64,000 bases of DNA from Candidatus Latescibacterota bacterium (GCA_965217865.1 CBDCJO010000002.1:1344001-1408000); one strand, 5' to 3'. Positions 53,159 through 64,000 are shown, counted from the first letter of the stretch. A program made the numbers and translations. The notes: generated by a model from the sequence alone, not told the origin.

Positions 53159-54445
53159 CTAATCCTTCTTCGCCGCTTGGTCGTTATGGTATGCACACAG
53201 CGACTCATCTCCCCAGCCGCCAATCTCTAATTCAGAGGACCGGATGGCGGTCTCGATCCGCTCGTGTGCATCGTCAGCATCTGCCTCGGAGACTTCATAG
53301 TGTTGCACCGCGGACTCCGCGAACGAGAAAGGCTGGATGATAGTCGTGCTGCATATTGCGCAATCACTCGTTGCCCCAAATATCTGTGCCCACCCTTCGA
53401 AATCTGTCTCACCACTTGGGTCCTCTAGTTCCTCGATGAGATCTTCAATCGTACTCGGCAGCGAGCTGAGCGCTTCGCGCATTGCGAGCGGCTCAAGCTC
53501 GCGCCACTCTCGTTGCGCCTCTTTGCGAACCCACCTAATTGCCTTGTCTTCGCCTTCTGCAGCCGCGTACAGTGCAGCGAGAAAGAAGTCCTCATTATTC
53601 CTGATATTTACCCCAAAGATTGATCGGTAGACTTTCTCGACCCTGTCACGAAATCCTGACCGCATGAGAAGCTTGGGGAATTCCTCAAGATTGGCAATGT
53701 GGAGGCGGTCGCAGAAGTTGAGAGCCCGCCTGACCACGTAGTCGGCTGGCGAACGACCAAAGACCTTCCTGAAGATGTATGCCAGACCCTCCTCCGAAAC
53801 GCTGCCCAAGTCTGGTTGTTGCGCAGGGGAGGCAGTTTCTCGTGTTACCCTTGAGCGAATGTCGCTTGCGATCCTGTCGGCGGCTGCTAATACCTCAGCG
53901 AGGTCTTTGGCCCGAGCGCGGAGGTCCTCAGGAAGATTCGGCTGTTTGTAGATGTTGTCGTGCGAGAGCCCGGCCCAAGCGTGCTGGAGGCGGGAAAGGA
54001 TTTGTACTTCGCAAGGCACGGGGTCCGAAAGGAGATGAGACTCGCCAAGCCACAACTCCAGTCTAAAGTTTACATGGAGCGCCCTGTAGCCCTCTTCATT
54101 GGGCTGCTTGATGAAATCCTGTACATCAAAGTCGCCCCAAAGGGTCGGTAGGACCTCCTTCAAGAGTTCGGAAAATCGGTAGACATCTTCGACATTATTG
54201 CAGACCACTCGCCCTCCGATGAGATCTCCGTAGCGCGACAACGCTTGATCCGCGTCCCATTTGTTTTTCTCGGCCTTTCGCTGTAGGCTGGAAAGATCCT
54301 TAATTCGGAGGCTGTGAATTTCCGCACGCACGAGGTTCTTGTCTTCAATCCTTGCGATGACCGACTTAAGGATCGACCGTAGCCGCTTCTTCGCACGACA
54401 AAGTACTGGGCCCTTACCCTCGTAAATTTCTCGAAGCTCAGCCAT
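53159..54445 (-). CDS. RelA/SpoT nucleotidyltransferase (small alarmone synthetase-like) domain protein with C-terminal extension
   Basis: RIKDLSSL..K, DLIGGRVVC, GYRALH, EVQI.S.LQHAWA..SH..IYK; start set at MAELRE. Confidence 0.78.
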   Translation of the reverse strand: MAELREIYEGKGPVLCRAKKRLRSILKSVIARIEDKNLVRAEIHSLRIKDLSSLQRKAEKNKWDADQALSRYGDLIGGRVVCNNVEDVYRFSELLKEVLPTLWGDFDVQDFIKQPNEEGYRALHVNFRLELWLGESHLLSDPVPCEVQILSRLQHAWAGLSHDNIYKQPNLPEDLRARAKDLAEVLAAADRIASDIRSRVTRETASPAQQPDLGSVSEEGLAYIFRKVFGRSPADYVVRRALNFCDRLHIANLEEFPKLLMRSGFRDRVEKVYRSIFGVNIRNNEDFFLAALYAAAEGEDKAIRWVRKEAQREWRELEPLAMREALSSLPSTIEDLIEELEDPSGETDFEGWAQIFGATSDCAICSTTIIQPFSFAESAVQHYEVSEADADDAHERIETAIRSSELEIGGWGDESLCAYHNDQAAKKD

Positions 54446-54450
54446 ATCTC

Positions 54451-54977
54451 TTAGAACCTGTCCTGTAGTCCTGCGTTTGGAGTCTTCGCGATCAAATCGG
54501 CTTGCGCTTTCTCGGAGATGTCGATGCCTACCCACTGACGGTCCAATGAAACACCCGGCATTTCGTCCAAATATCTTTTGAGTCTTTCTCCTGGACGCTG
54601 TTGAACAATGAGGCCCTGTTCGTAGGCTTCCTGCATTCGTTTTCGTGTCCAACGCCAAACTCTGGTTACTCCGAGGAATTCATAAGTCAAATTGGGGTGG
54701 TCCGTGTTCGGGTTCGCCAGATTGCGCGGCGATAGAGCCGGTCTATAACCTTGTCAAGACATGAGCCTTGCGGAGCTTGGGCGGCATGGCGTCTGTGTCG
54801 TAGAGCGCATTGAGTGCCGAGTTTGAGAACAAGGCGCGCGCATCGCGAACCCCTTGAGATAGCCTTTCGATCTGGTTTGTTTGAGCGGTCGTCATATCCG
54901 GCGGCTCGCTGTTCATGCCCCGGAGGATGGTCCAGGTTGTCGCCTGTCCATACTGTCTTGTCTACGAAGTTGGCCAC
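54451..54977 (-). pseudogene. Site-specific N6/N4 DNA methyltransferase remnant with multiple deletions
   Basis: VWTGDNLD start, YEFLGV..WRW..RM, YLDEMPGV joined directly to RQWVGIDIS. Confidence 0.7.
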
Positions 54978-56639
54978 AGTCTGCCCATTCTCCCACGCCC
55001 CTCAGACAAGAGAACCACAAAGGGACTGGGGGCTGCTCCCCCATGAAAAAATGGGAATTATTAGGATGGCTACCCAAGCCTGTGGTAGTGGCTGGAGAAA
55101 GGGTTGTCGGCAGCGATGTCGGCGACCCTGTCGCCTCGATGAATCAATCCGCTGACGGTCGGGTAATGCGGGTGATTCCAATACTGCGGAATCCTTCGTC
55201 CACATCGAACGACGCTAGTTCGTCCCGCTTGTCGATTGTCGGTAAGGAAAAATCCTTCGGAATCTCCGAAAAGTAATGTTTTCGCCTCCTTTCCCTTGAA
55301 GAGAAGGAGGTCGTGACGACCCTTGTAGTCAGGCCCCCACAGAATTTCGAGCCTGTCAGGAAGTTCGTCCCATCCATCGGAATTCCTCCGAACCGTCAGC
55401 CAGTTGTTGCACTTCCGGTCACGCTTCTATCTCATCCGCCAGCTATGGGTGTATTTTGACGGCTCGAAATTTCGGTTGTGCGTGTACGCGACCATCCGTC
55501 ATCCTCTCATCCGAACGGACTCGAACCGATCTTGCGGTTTCCACAAAGTCGATCACTGAACACTTTTACCCCTCCCGCCTTGCCAGGGTCGCCCGTATTT
55601 CCTGTTGACGGGAGGAACCGACGCGCCTTTTAACAGGCCTTGCGAAAATCGCCACCACCGCTGCTTGAAAGGCATCGCCCGGCCTTCTTCAGCAGCCGTC
55701 TTCGACCAATCTCTCTTCAAGGGAAACCAGACAAACACGATAAAAAATATATGAGAATTGGCGTATCCAGTCAACTCTTAAATCCCGTGTTTCTGGGGCC
55801 GGTGACCGGGGACCCATCGGGTCCGGCTTTACCTACCGGAGGACCTTCCAAAACGTCGAAACCGTCCGCTCGGATGCAACCGGGCTGTTAAACAAGGCCG
55901 ACGGGAAAAACAGAGAATCAGAGAATCCAGAGGAGATATCTCTGCTCAGCGGATGCAGTCCCCACGGTTGTACTCGAATACCGGGGGAACGCTTCGAAAC
56001 AGAGAACCGGCAGAGAGAGGGGGAGGTGGCCCAAGTGTTTGTAAATGCGGCAGAAACGACAAGACCCCGGAGGGTTGCCCCACGGGGTCTTGCGTTAACG
56101 GACGACCGCCGAAGTTGGCGGATTGGAATCTGGCTCCCCATATGATCCTTTCCCAGAAACCATTCTCTGTTCGTCAGACGTAACATGCCGTATTGAAAGG
56201 ATATATCGTAATTACGCCCGCACCGTCGAGGCGGAAACCATATGAAGGACCGGTACAGCCTGGAATGGAGGGCGAAGGCCGAGAAAGTGGAACAGCCTGG
56301 CCGAAGCCGTCCGCCTGGTCAACGGCGCCGGGATCCCCTCGGCCTTCGCTCTGGAAGGCGCACACACCGACAAGAATGGGCACGGTGTAATCATCTCCGA
56401 CTCCGGGGGGTTGTTGTTGGATGCGCCTTCGGGCGATCGGGCCTTTTAGGAGCCGTTTTTGGGATTCGAATTTCCCCAACTGGGGGGAATTTGCAGTCTG
56501 GACCTCGAGGCAGGATTTTGGCCCGGGACCTTCACCGGTCGTAACTGCCTTCGACTGAACACAAAAATCGCACCCGTGGGGGGGTGCGATTCGTGATTGT
56601 CTCGGGTTTTAGATCTCCGCTAGCCGAGTATCTCGCGAA

Positions 56640-56945
56640 CCCGAGCTAACGCCTTTTGGTCTTCGTCACAAGTGTTCTTTACGCAGGAGTCGCTCTTGGG
56701 GGGGGGTTCAACCCGTGGCACCGTGGCATCCTTTTGTTTACGAGGGATTGCGCGATCTTCAACCCGTGGCACCGTACCATCCATGCCACGGGTTGAAACA
56801 CTCACAACTTCTTGTTTTTCAACGCTTGCCACGGTGCCACGGGTTGAGGGGGGGGGATATGTGCGCGTTCGGCTCGGAAACATCGTCTGAGTCGTCCTCC
56901 AGGTAGCTATCCCATGCAGAGAAGAACGCCTTCCACCGATAGCCA
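56640..56945 (-). repeat. DUF3631-like tail with iteron-like repeats (relic 2; inverted homologue of 40670-40915)
   Basis: Shares CCCAAGAGCGACTCCTGCGTAAAGAACACTTGTGACGAAGACCAA with relic 1; four TCAACCCGTGGCA motifs in both orientations. Confidence 0.7.
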
Positions 56946-56994
56946 TTTCCTTTTTCCTGTTCAACCCTTAAAGTCTCCGTTCGAATCTCGTATT

Positions 56995-57090
56995 TATTAC
57001 ATGCCCCTCTACGTGGCCGAAGCCTGCTACAAATACAACAACCGGAAAAACAAGAACGTGTTCGGAACGTTCCTCAAGGGGTGCTTTACA
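56995..57090 (+). mobile_element. IS1595-like transposase C-terminal fragment
   Basis: YMPLYVAEACYKYNNRK. Confidence 0.5.
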
Positions 57091-57144
57091 TGGACAGCGG
57101 TCATTCACTTTTTCCAACTACCCGGTATTCGATTTTCAAGGGAG

Positions 57145-57305
57145 TGGGCATTTTAAAGAGTATTTCGAGCAGCCGGGTCTTCCGAGAACATCCAGAGGTG
57201 AAACGGGAGTTATGGGGTGGAGAATTCTGGGAAGATGGTTATTTTGCCCGCACCGTAGGCGACAAGGTGACTTCTGAAGTGATCGAGCAATATATTCGGT
57301 GTCAT
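57145..57305 (+). mobile_element. IS200/IS605 TnpA (Y1) fragment
   Basis: LKSISS..F.EHPEVKRELWGGEFWEDGYFARTVG..YI. Confidence 0.75.
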
Positions 57306-57608
57306 CCTTGCCCTCTTTTCACGTGATCTCGTCGACCGATCGACTGTGGCGTATGCCGTTTCGGAGCTCTGCCAACTGGCCTAACTTCGGCGACAGGATC
57401 CCCACAAACGGATTCTAAGAAGACAGTGGGCGAAAATATAATACCTTCATCAATTTCTCGATCCTGAAACCGTCCGCGAGATATTGCGGCGGCGCAGCAA
57501 AGAACAGGTCGATTTCATTATCGCATTGAAAGCTGCAAGAACTCGATTGTGACGATGATTTACGACACTCGCAGTACGAACACTTCAAAGCTGACACCCG
57601 GGCTCGAG

Positions 57609-60600
57609 GGTCAAGTCTTAAGCGTCCTGCAAAATGCAAGCCTTCAACTGGAGGTCCAGTGAGGTTCACGCAACGGCTACCATTTCAGCCGGTGGTGCGA
57701 TCTGTCGTTCCTCATAGAGCAGCTGGAGCTGGAGCAGTTCGGTGGACGTGATGTTGATATTCTGCCACCTGGCAGCGGCACGGATGAGAACAGCATAGAC
57801 GAGCTTCAGGCAACTCTTTTCGGAGAAGAATCGCGGCAATGTTTTGGTTCGGCGGCGTTCCTCGACAAAGCTGCGTTCGATCAGGTTGGTAGTGCGGGCG
57901 AACTTCCGGAGTCGCCAGGGAAGCTGGAGGTGTGCGAGGAGAGCTTCGAGGTCCTCCGTGAGACACTTGCACAGACCGGGGAACTCCTTGCTGAACTTCT
58001 CCAGAAACTCTCGCACCGCACTTTGGCCGGCCTGAAGATCCGGGGCGTCACGAATCATCACCAGATACGGCTTGATCTCATGCCAGCGCGCATCGGGCAC
58101 CTTGGCTGCAAAGTTGCGCATCCGATGCACCCAGCAGCGTCCGCGCAGACTCTTCGGCCACATCTGGTCGATGGTCTGGATAAGCCCACCGGCTCCGTCG
58201 GTGGTGACGAACAGGGGTGCCGGTAAACCACGCCGGTCGAGATCCCGGACGAACTCAAGCCATGCTTCGCCGCTTTCTTTGCTGCCCAGACCCAGGGAGA
58301 TCAGAACTTTCCGGCCGTCCAGTGTGATACCCCAGGCGCACAGCACGGCCTCCCGGGTGATGCCGTGGGTACGAAGCGGCTCGTACAGGCCGTCCAGGAA
58401 CAGGCACAGGAGAGGAAAGTCGCTGAGATCGCGTTCCTGGAAGGCCTGGTATTGTTCCCAAAGGACTTCGGTGACTTCGCTGACCTTGCTGCGGCTAAGC
58501 AGGCAACGCCCCTGCTCATCAGTGAAGGCGTCCTCGATGTCCCGGGTAGACAGTCCACGCGCGTACATCCCGGTTGCCAGGCGCTGCACCATCCCTGAGT
58601 CGCCGCGCAGAAGATCGTAAAGGCTGCACCGGTAGGGCTCCTCTGGATCCCTGACCTGAGGAATCGCGACCTCGAGGCGGCCTTCGGCAGTATCCAGATA
58701 GCCCGGCTCATAGCCACTACGGTAGCCTCGACGACCTTCACCGCGTTTATACCGATCGACACCCAGGTGGTCCCGCTGATGCGCTTCAAAACCCTCCTGG
58801 CAGATCAGCCGGGTGGACAACTGAACTAGCCCTAAAATAAGCGAATAGGCTTGTTGAGCGGTGTGTTATACAAGATTTCGGAGCATTTCAGACTTGTGAC
58901 TTGGTGGAGATGATGTCTGGGCTGTTTTTGTGATTGTTTCGGCATGCGATTGTCTAATTAACTGAGTTTGCGGACGTGTTTTAGCCGGGGTGGACGGACT
59001 TGTCCCTGTGATGTTACGACGACAGGTGCCGACATGGCAGTCAGGCCGGTTTGAGTCATCTGATTCTGTTCCAGGCCGGGAAGAAGTCAGTCATCCACCG
59101 GTTGTAGCCCAAGACACGATAGATGATCTGTCTTCCCCGGGTCACGATCTGGCAAGGGATCCAGATCAGATTCTGGAGGAAGGCGCGAAACTCCATTCTC
59201 AGAAGTTGATCGCGACGCTCACGCTTTCGGATCATCAACGCGAACCAGGCTTTGAGGTTCCACGCCAGGGCGGTCATGACCATGTAAGCCCAGTTGCTCA
59301 TCAGGTTGTCGACGGGCATCCGCATGGCGTTGACCCCGTTCTTGAGTTGTTCAATCACGTTTTCCTGATCGCACCGTCGATTGGCCAGCCTCACGATTTC
59401 CGCGGCCGTAAGATCTTTTCGGGTGGTAATGTAGAAGAAATAGCGCTTGTCATCGAACAGGGCGTTTTCGCCGCGTTCGACGCTCAGGTTCTTTTCGAGG
59501 ATCACGAGTCGACAGGTCTTCTTGCATCGAGCAGGACGATACGAAACCCCGGCAACACGTTCACTGGCAAGTCGGATGTTTTTGAAGCCGCGCTCCCGGA
59601 TGATCCGGGCTTTCACGTTCTCGCGTTTCTGTCTCTGGGAGGTCTTGACCTGGTATTTGGGTTGTCGTTCAAAGGGCTCCCAATCGCTCTGTGACAGGGA
59701 TTTGGCGATCTTGACCAATCCCCGGTAAGCATCCATGCCGAAGACGAAGTCGACCTTTTCCGACCAACGATCGAAGTGCCGGGTGAGTGAGAAGCCGGTG
59801 TCTCCGCGCAGGCAGATGCGTTTGGCGAAAGGGGCGACCAGCGCGATGGCGCGATCGATCCACTTTACGGCACCGTCGTGGCTGGGCACATGGCCGGGTC
59901 GATTCACAAGAAACAACACCTCCCTGGTGTTCGCCAGAGAGACCACGAGAGGATGGTATCCCCAGATACCGTTGTATGACAGGGCCATGCCCTGCTTGCG
60001 TTCTCCGAGGGTGGTGGCCAGGGTGCCGTCGATGTCGATGAGGGCTTCTTTGAGTTCGCCCCTGGCGCGCTTTTTCCAGATCCGGGTGCGCACCCGGTTG
60101 ATGCAATCCATCAACGTCTCGATATCCGATGGCCGGAAACGACGTGTAAAGTCGCCTGCTGTGGCCGGATCCGGGAGACGCTGAGCGCCCAAAGCGTTCA
60201 GGAACGTGGCATCCTGCCGGCGCAGCTCAATGTCTTCAAGGCGTTGACCACCAACCAGCGCATTGTAGGCGATGTTCAGAACGTGGTCTGATTCGTGACA
60301 GGGCAAATGCACTTTCAAAAGATGAAGATGACGGTCAATCTCTTTCACCAGCCCAACCCTGCGGACCATGTGGTGAAACGCGCCGATCCCCCCACACGTG
60401 ATCGCCTCGGCCTTCCCACTTATCTCGTAGTGGATGTTTCCCCCAGACATCATAGGCTTGACCTGACTGCACCACTGCTTCCGACGCAAACGACGGACAA
60501 TTCGTGCTTCCCTGTTCCGAAGAATCTTCCTGTATTCTCTCATCTGAAATGCCCCTTTTGATGGCCTCTTTTTGTCTTTCACACTACAACTATAGGCCTG

Positions 60601-60870
60601 AAAACTGGGGCATTTCAACTTTTTTCTACTAAAACCAAGAAAAATTCACGCTTGTATAGGGACTAGCTGAGTCAACGCCTCTTGGGCACTCTCGACATCC
60701 TGGAGTCCTTCGATGAACTCCTTCAATTCCTTGCGCAATCTATCACTCGGAGCTATCTTCTTCATACGGCGTGACTCCTTCCTTTTGCCCACTCGGGGCG
60801 TCGAGGTTTTTGGGGACCTCTGGAAGATAGCTCACGCCGCTTCTTTTTGCAGGAAATCTAAGACATTACC
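57609..60870 (-). mobile_element. IS256 family element interrupted by IS1380
   Basis: TIRs GGTCAAGTCTTA..CCTGCAAAA / GGTAATGTCTTA..CCTGCAAAA; 9-bp TSD GGGCTCGAG; the transposase is split into 60765-60662 and 58829-57666 and rejoins in frame. Confidence 0.9.
58830..60661 (-). mobile_element. IS1380 family element (transposase ~60543-59056)
   Basis: CCCTA.. TIRs; 5-bp TSD ACTAG; DIDGT, GYHPL, LRGDTGF, RCDQENVIEQLK. Confidence 0.9.
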
Positions 60871-61905
60871 GGGCTCGAGGCAGCTCTTGCCGCACGACTT
60901 CAACGAATTGTTCTGTAACGGCATCTGGGTTCGCGGTGTCGTCCCCGACGACTAGTGTGAACTCTTCACGAGTTGCAGCGAGGCGAGTTACTGGGGTGCT
61001 AGTGCCGAGAGTTCTACAAATCAGTTCTGACGCGGGCGGCGTTTTGCTGCGCAAGGCGGAAACACCGCGAGGATTGAGCGGGCGATACGTGTCTATGAGC
61101 ACCGTGAGTACCTTGTCAAGAACGCCTGGATGCGGTTTCTCGCACGGCCCCTCGTGCAGATATCGCCAATTCACGAACACAGGATTAGCCTCGAAGGCTG
61201 AGCGTATCGCGGAAGTGGCCCGCGCCGAGTCTTTAAGCAGCGTCGCGAGCTGCGCCTCAGAGGTTAGTAGGTAGGAATCATCGGGAAACCGCTGCAGACC
61301 GTCGAATAGGCTGCCTTCAACCGATCTGATTGCCGAACTCACCGCTTCCTCGGACACCGTCGGTGCTGTGTCGTCCAAAAGGTCTTCGAGTCTTTTAAGA
61401 CCGACCTTCACGATCGTGTGAAAGGTATACGACCCGCTGATCCGGCCTCGGTGATCGTCGCGTAGGGAACTTGCAATTTGCATGGAATCAGTCGACTTTT
61501 TGTCACTGGCTTCAGGTCGGCGTGACGGCCCTGGAGTTTTTGGAGATCCTGAAAAGGCCGGGGCGAAGCTCAATGTCTCGAACCTCGCCGTCATCCAACG
61601 GGCCGCGACCGTTTCTGATCGCTTGGATCTGAAGCCTCCCTGGTTGACAGCTTCCGGCCAAACGGCTATATTACTGCATTCCGGGGGGAGGGGATTCGAT
61701 CGAAATTTGAGGAACAACCCCATGCAAAGTAGATGCCCATGCACCGGAGCCCGCGCTGCGGTGCCAGGACGAGAAGCGGGATGCCGTGCCGGTCATGACT
61801 CGCCCTATGGGGCCTGAGTCTGGAATTCTGGCAATCTGTCGCGGCTGCTGGCCCGGCAACCATGGTATCGTTGTCGCTGAAGTCGTTCACCTTGGAGGAA
61901 TAGTA

Positions 61906-62130
61906 ATGGCAGAGCAAATAACCGTGTCGGTCGATTCCGATGTAGCCGATCTCTACCGTTCGGCTTCGGATAATGAGCGTCGCAAACTGGATTTGCTTAT
62001 CAACTTGCGTTTGCGTGATGCGAAAGAGTCCGGGAAATCACTTCGGGACACCATGCTGGAGATCAGCCGCAACGCGCAACGTCGCGGGCTGACTCCGGAA
62101 ATATTGCAGTCCATCCTGGACGAAGAATGA
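61906..62130 (+). CDS. Putative antitoxin
   Basis: RBS GGAGGA; 74 aa ending AQRRGLTPEILQSIL; ATGA overlap with the PIN gene. Confidence 0.75.
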   Translation: MAEQITVSVDSDVADLYRSASDNERRKLDLLINLRLRDAKESGKSLRDTMLEISRNAQRRGLTPEILQSILDEE

Positions 62131-62534
62131 CCCGTTTCGTCTTCGATACGAATGTCATTGTCAGCGCGTTACTCTTCAACGGTTCCGTGCCAGGGCGGGC
62201 GTTCATTCGAGCTTTGAATCATGGAACGATTCTGGTTTCCGGATCGTTGGTAAGAGAATTGCGCCGTGTGCTCGGCCGGGACAGTTTCGACCGGTATGTC
62301 TCCCGCGAAGAGCGCGACGAGTATCTTGAATCCCTGATACGGGAATCGGACCTGATCGAAATCACCGAGTCCGTCCGGGCATGCCGAGATCCCGAAGACG
62401 ACCGAGTTTTGGAATTGGCCGTCAACGGCAATGCGACATACATCGTCACAGGCGATTCCGACTTGCTCCTTCTCAACCCGTTTCGCGGCGTAGAGATCGT
62501 AACGCCCGCCGAGTTTCTGAAATCGCCTGCCTGA
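62127..62534 (+). CDS. PIN-domain toxin (putative TA toxin component)
   Basis: VFDTNVIVSAL, CRDPEDD..LELA, IVTGDSDLL. Confidence 0.88.
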   Translation: MTRFVFDTNVIVSALLFNGSVPGRAFIRALNHGTILVSGSLVRELRRVLGRDSFDRYVSREERDEYLESLIRESDLIEITESVRACRDPEDDRVLELAVNGNATYIVTGDSDLLLLNPFRGVEIVTPAEFLKSPA

Positions 62535-62608
62535 CATGGGAACCGTACGCCGGGATGGCGACATCCTTCCTCCAACTAACGGGGTCGCGCTGCTGCCCTT
62601 CGACAGCA

Positions 62609-64000
62609 TGTATCTATTCTGAGATAACAAGAGAAAAGCAGATAAAGGTCCAAGCAAGATTCAGGCAGCCTTGTGGATGGTCTGGGATGTTCTTTGCCGA
62701 TTGATTTCTATGCGGCGCTGCCGAGCCTCCTCCTTTCGACCTTGTCGGTGGTGAAGAATCTTTTGATGCTGGCCTTTATGCCTCTGAAGAGGCGTGACAT
62801 ACTGTATTGCCCCGTGATAGCGTTCGGCGTTGTAGCTGTGAATGAAGGAATCAATCAGGCCTTCCAGTTGATGGAATGTGAAGATGTCCTGGAAGCGCAG
62901 CCAGTCGTATTTGAATGTCCGGAAAAAGGCTTCGATCCAGGCGTTGTCCGTGGGTGTTTGATATCGGGCAAACAGCTGCGAGATGCCCAGGTCCTTGAAG
63001 AATTGGGCCATCGATTTGGCCTTCATCTGAGATCCGTGATCTGAGAGGGCTGTCAAGCTTATGGGCCCAGTGTCCAGGTCCAGCAGTCCTTCGTTGGCAA
63101 GGGCTTGATCCCAGGCCTGTTTGACCTGCTCCACGGTCGCGTTGAAGGAGAGCTTCCATCCTACGATCTTCCTGGAATACACGTCGAGAATGGCGGTAAA
63201 ATACAGGAACAAACCGAAAAATGGGATGTAGGTCAGGTCCCAGCTCCAGACCTGATTAGGACCTTCAGGTTTGACCTGGGGCTTGCTCTGCTTGACCGGC
63301 GTCCTCACCTGTTTCCTGCGTGCCAGACGTTCTTTCCTGGCCTGTCGGTAGAAGCTGGAGGCCGAGGCCTGCACTGCCCCCTTCTCTGAGGCTACCACCG
63401 CCAGCTGATGGGGAGGCAGATCGGCATAGGTCTCATCCCTTAAGAGGGCCGGGATTTGCTCTTTCTCCTCCCTCAGCAATCCGTGTGGGGCCTCATCAGG
63501 GGCGGGCCCGGGCTTCCTCATCCAAAAGCGGGTCCGACACCCCATCCAGCTTCTCTTCTCGATCTCGCCGGCTCCAGGCACAATACCGCTGGAGGGGAAG
63601 CTGTAGGATCTCGCAAGAACGGGTGAGTTTCACCCCTTTCTCCTTGGCCCGATGGACCATTAAGAGGATCTCGCGTTTGACCTCAGCTTGCACCCGGTGG
63701 CCCTTGATCGGGCCTGTCAGATCCCATTCACACTTTTTTTTAGCAGGGAAAGTTCCACAGATTGCTCAATGATCGTTTGCTCCAGGCGTGCCCGCTCTTT
63801 GCGCAGCTGCTCCACCTCCTCAGCCGATACCATCGGCTTGCGGCTCCGGCGACCCTTGAACTCCTTGAGGGCCCCGGACTTGACCGACTCACGAATACGC
63901 TTTAGATCCGAGGAATGAATGCCCCATTTCCGCAGCACCTGTGCAATGGGAACATCTCCCCGGCTGGCTTCAAGGAAAATCTCATACTTCTGTTCCGGGG
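62609..64000 (-). mobile_element. IS3 family element (orfA >64000-63717; orfB ~63693-62661, internally frameshifted)
   Basis: A8G slippery site at 63733-63741; PNQVWSWDLTY, DVYSRKIVGW, SDHGSQ, DNAWIE, YN..RYH. Confidence 0.82.

Noticed and set aside
54446-54658. N-terminal 71 aa of the 499-aa RelA/SpoT ORF
   Set aside because: Overlaps the DNA methyltransferase remnant in another frame; ATG 54445 is the more plausible start
1-64000. CRISPR array, integron integrase, reverse transcriptase (DGR/retron)
   Set aside because: I found no regularly spaced short repeats, tyrosine recombinase or YxDD RT ORF. The duplicated segments are not adenine-restricted variants

Overview
Bacterial DNA, probably from an FCB-superphylum lineage such as Latescibacterota or relatives. 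This is inferred from a SprA translocon plus a T9SS-type C-terminal sorting domain in fairly GC-rich DNA. The window has three parts. (1) 1-23.4 kb is intact core genome: murD (partial)-selB-opine dehydrogenase-PH-like protein on the + strand, converging on a long minus-strand run sprA-comEA-pilM-like-rsmD-coaD-NYN-endoIII-like-dusB-larB. An IS1182/IS5-like element nested in a MITE sits upstream of sprA, followed by a Zn-alcohol dehydrogenase and a CorC/HlyC-family gene. (2) 23.4-31.5 kb starts at a head-to-head break between two 5'-truncated genes. It holds a large T9SS cargo protein with an unfamiliar ~205-aa tandem repeat, a GT2-methyltransferase fusion, a frameshifted low-GC acyltransferase ending in an attC-like half site, and an HD-domain gene lying between a 21-bp copy of the tRNA-Val 5' end and the intact tRNA-Val(GAC). 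(3) 31.5-64 kb is a decayed island downstream of tRNA-Val. It is packed with IS elements and fragments (IS1182/IS5-like x3, IS3, IS110, ISL3, IS200, IS1595, IS256 with a nested IS1380), plasmid and satellite replication relics, and defence-gene fragments (C5 and N6/N4 MTases, type ISP, HepT, cysteine desulfurase), several with clean internal deletions. A few genes there are intact: an S9 peptidase, a HhH-GPD glycosylase, a TM0106-type nuclease-helicase, a RelA/SpoT-domain protein and a PIN toxin-antitoxin pair. I saw no CRISPR array, rRNA, integrase or reverse transcriptase. All family calls come from reading motifs by eye, not from database searches.
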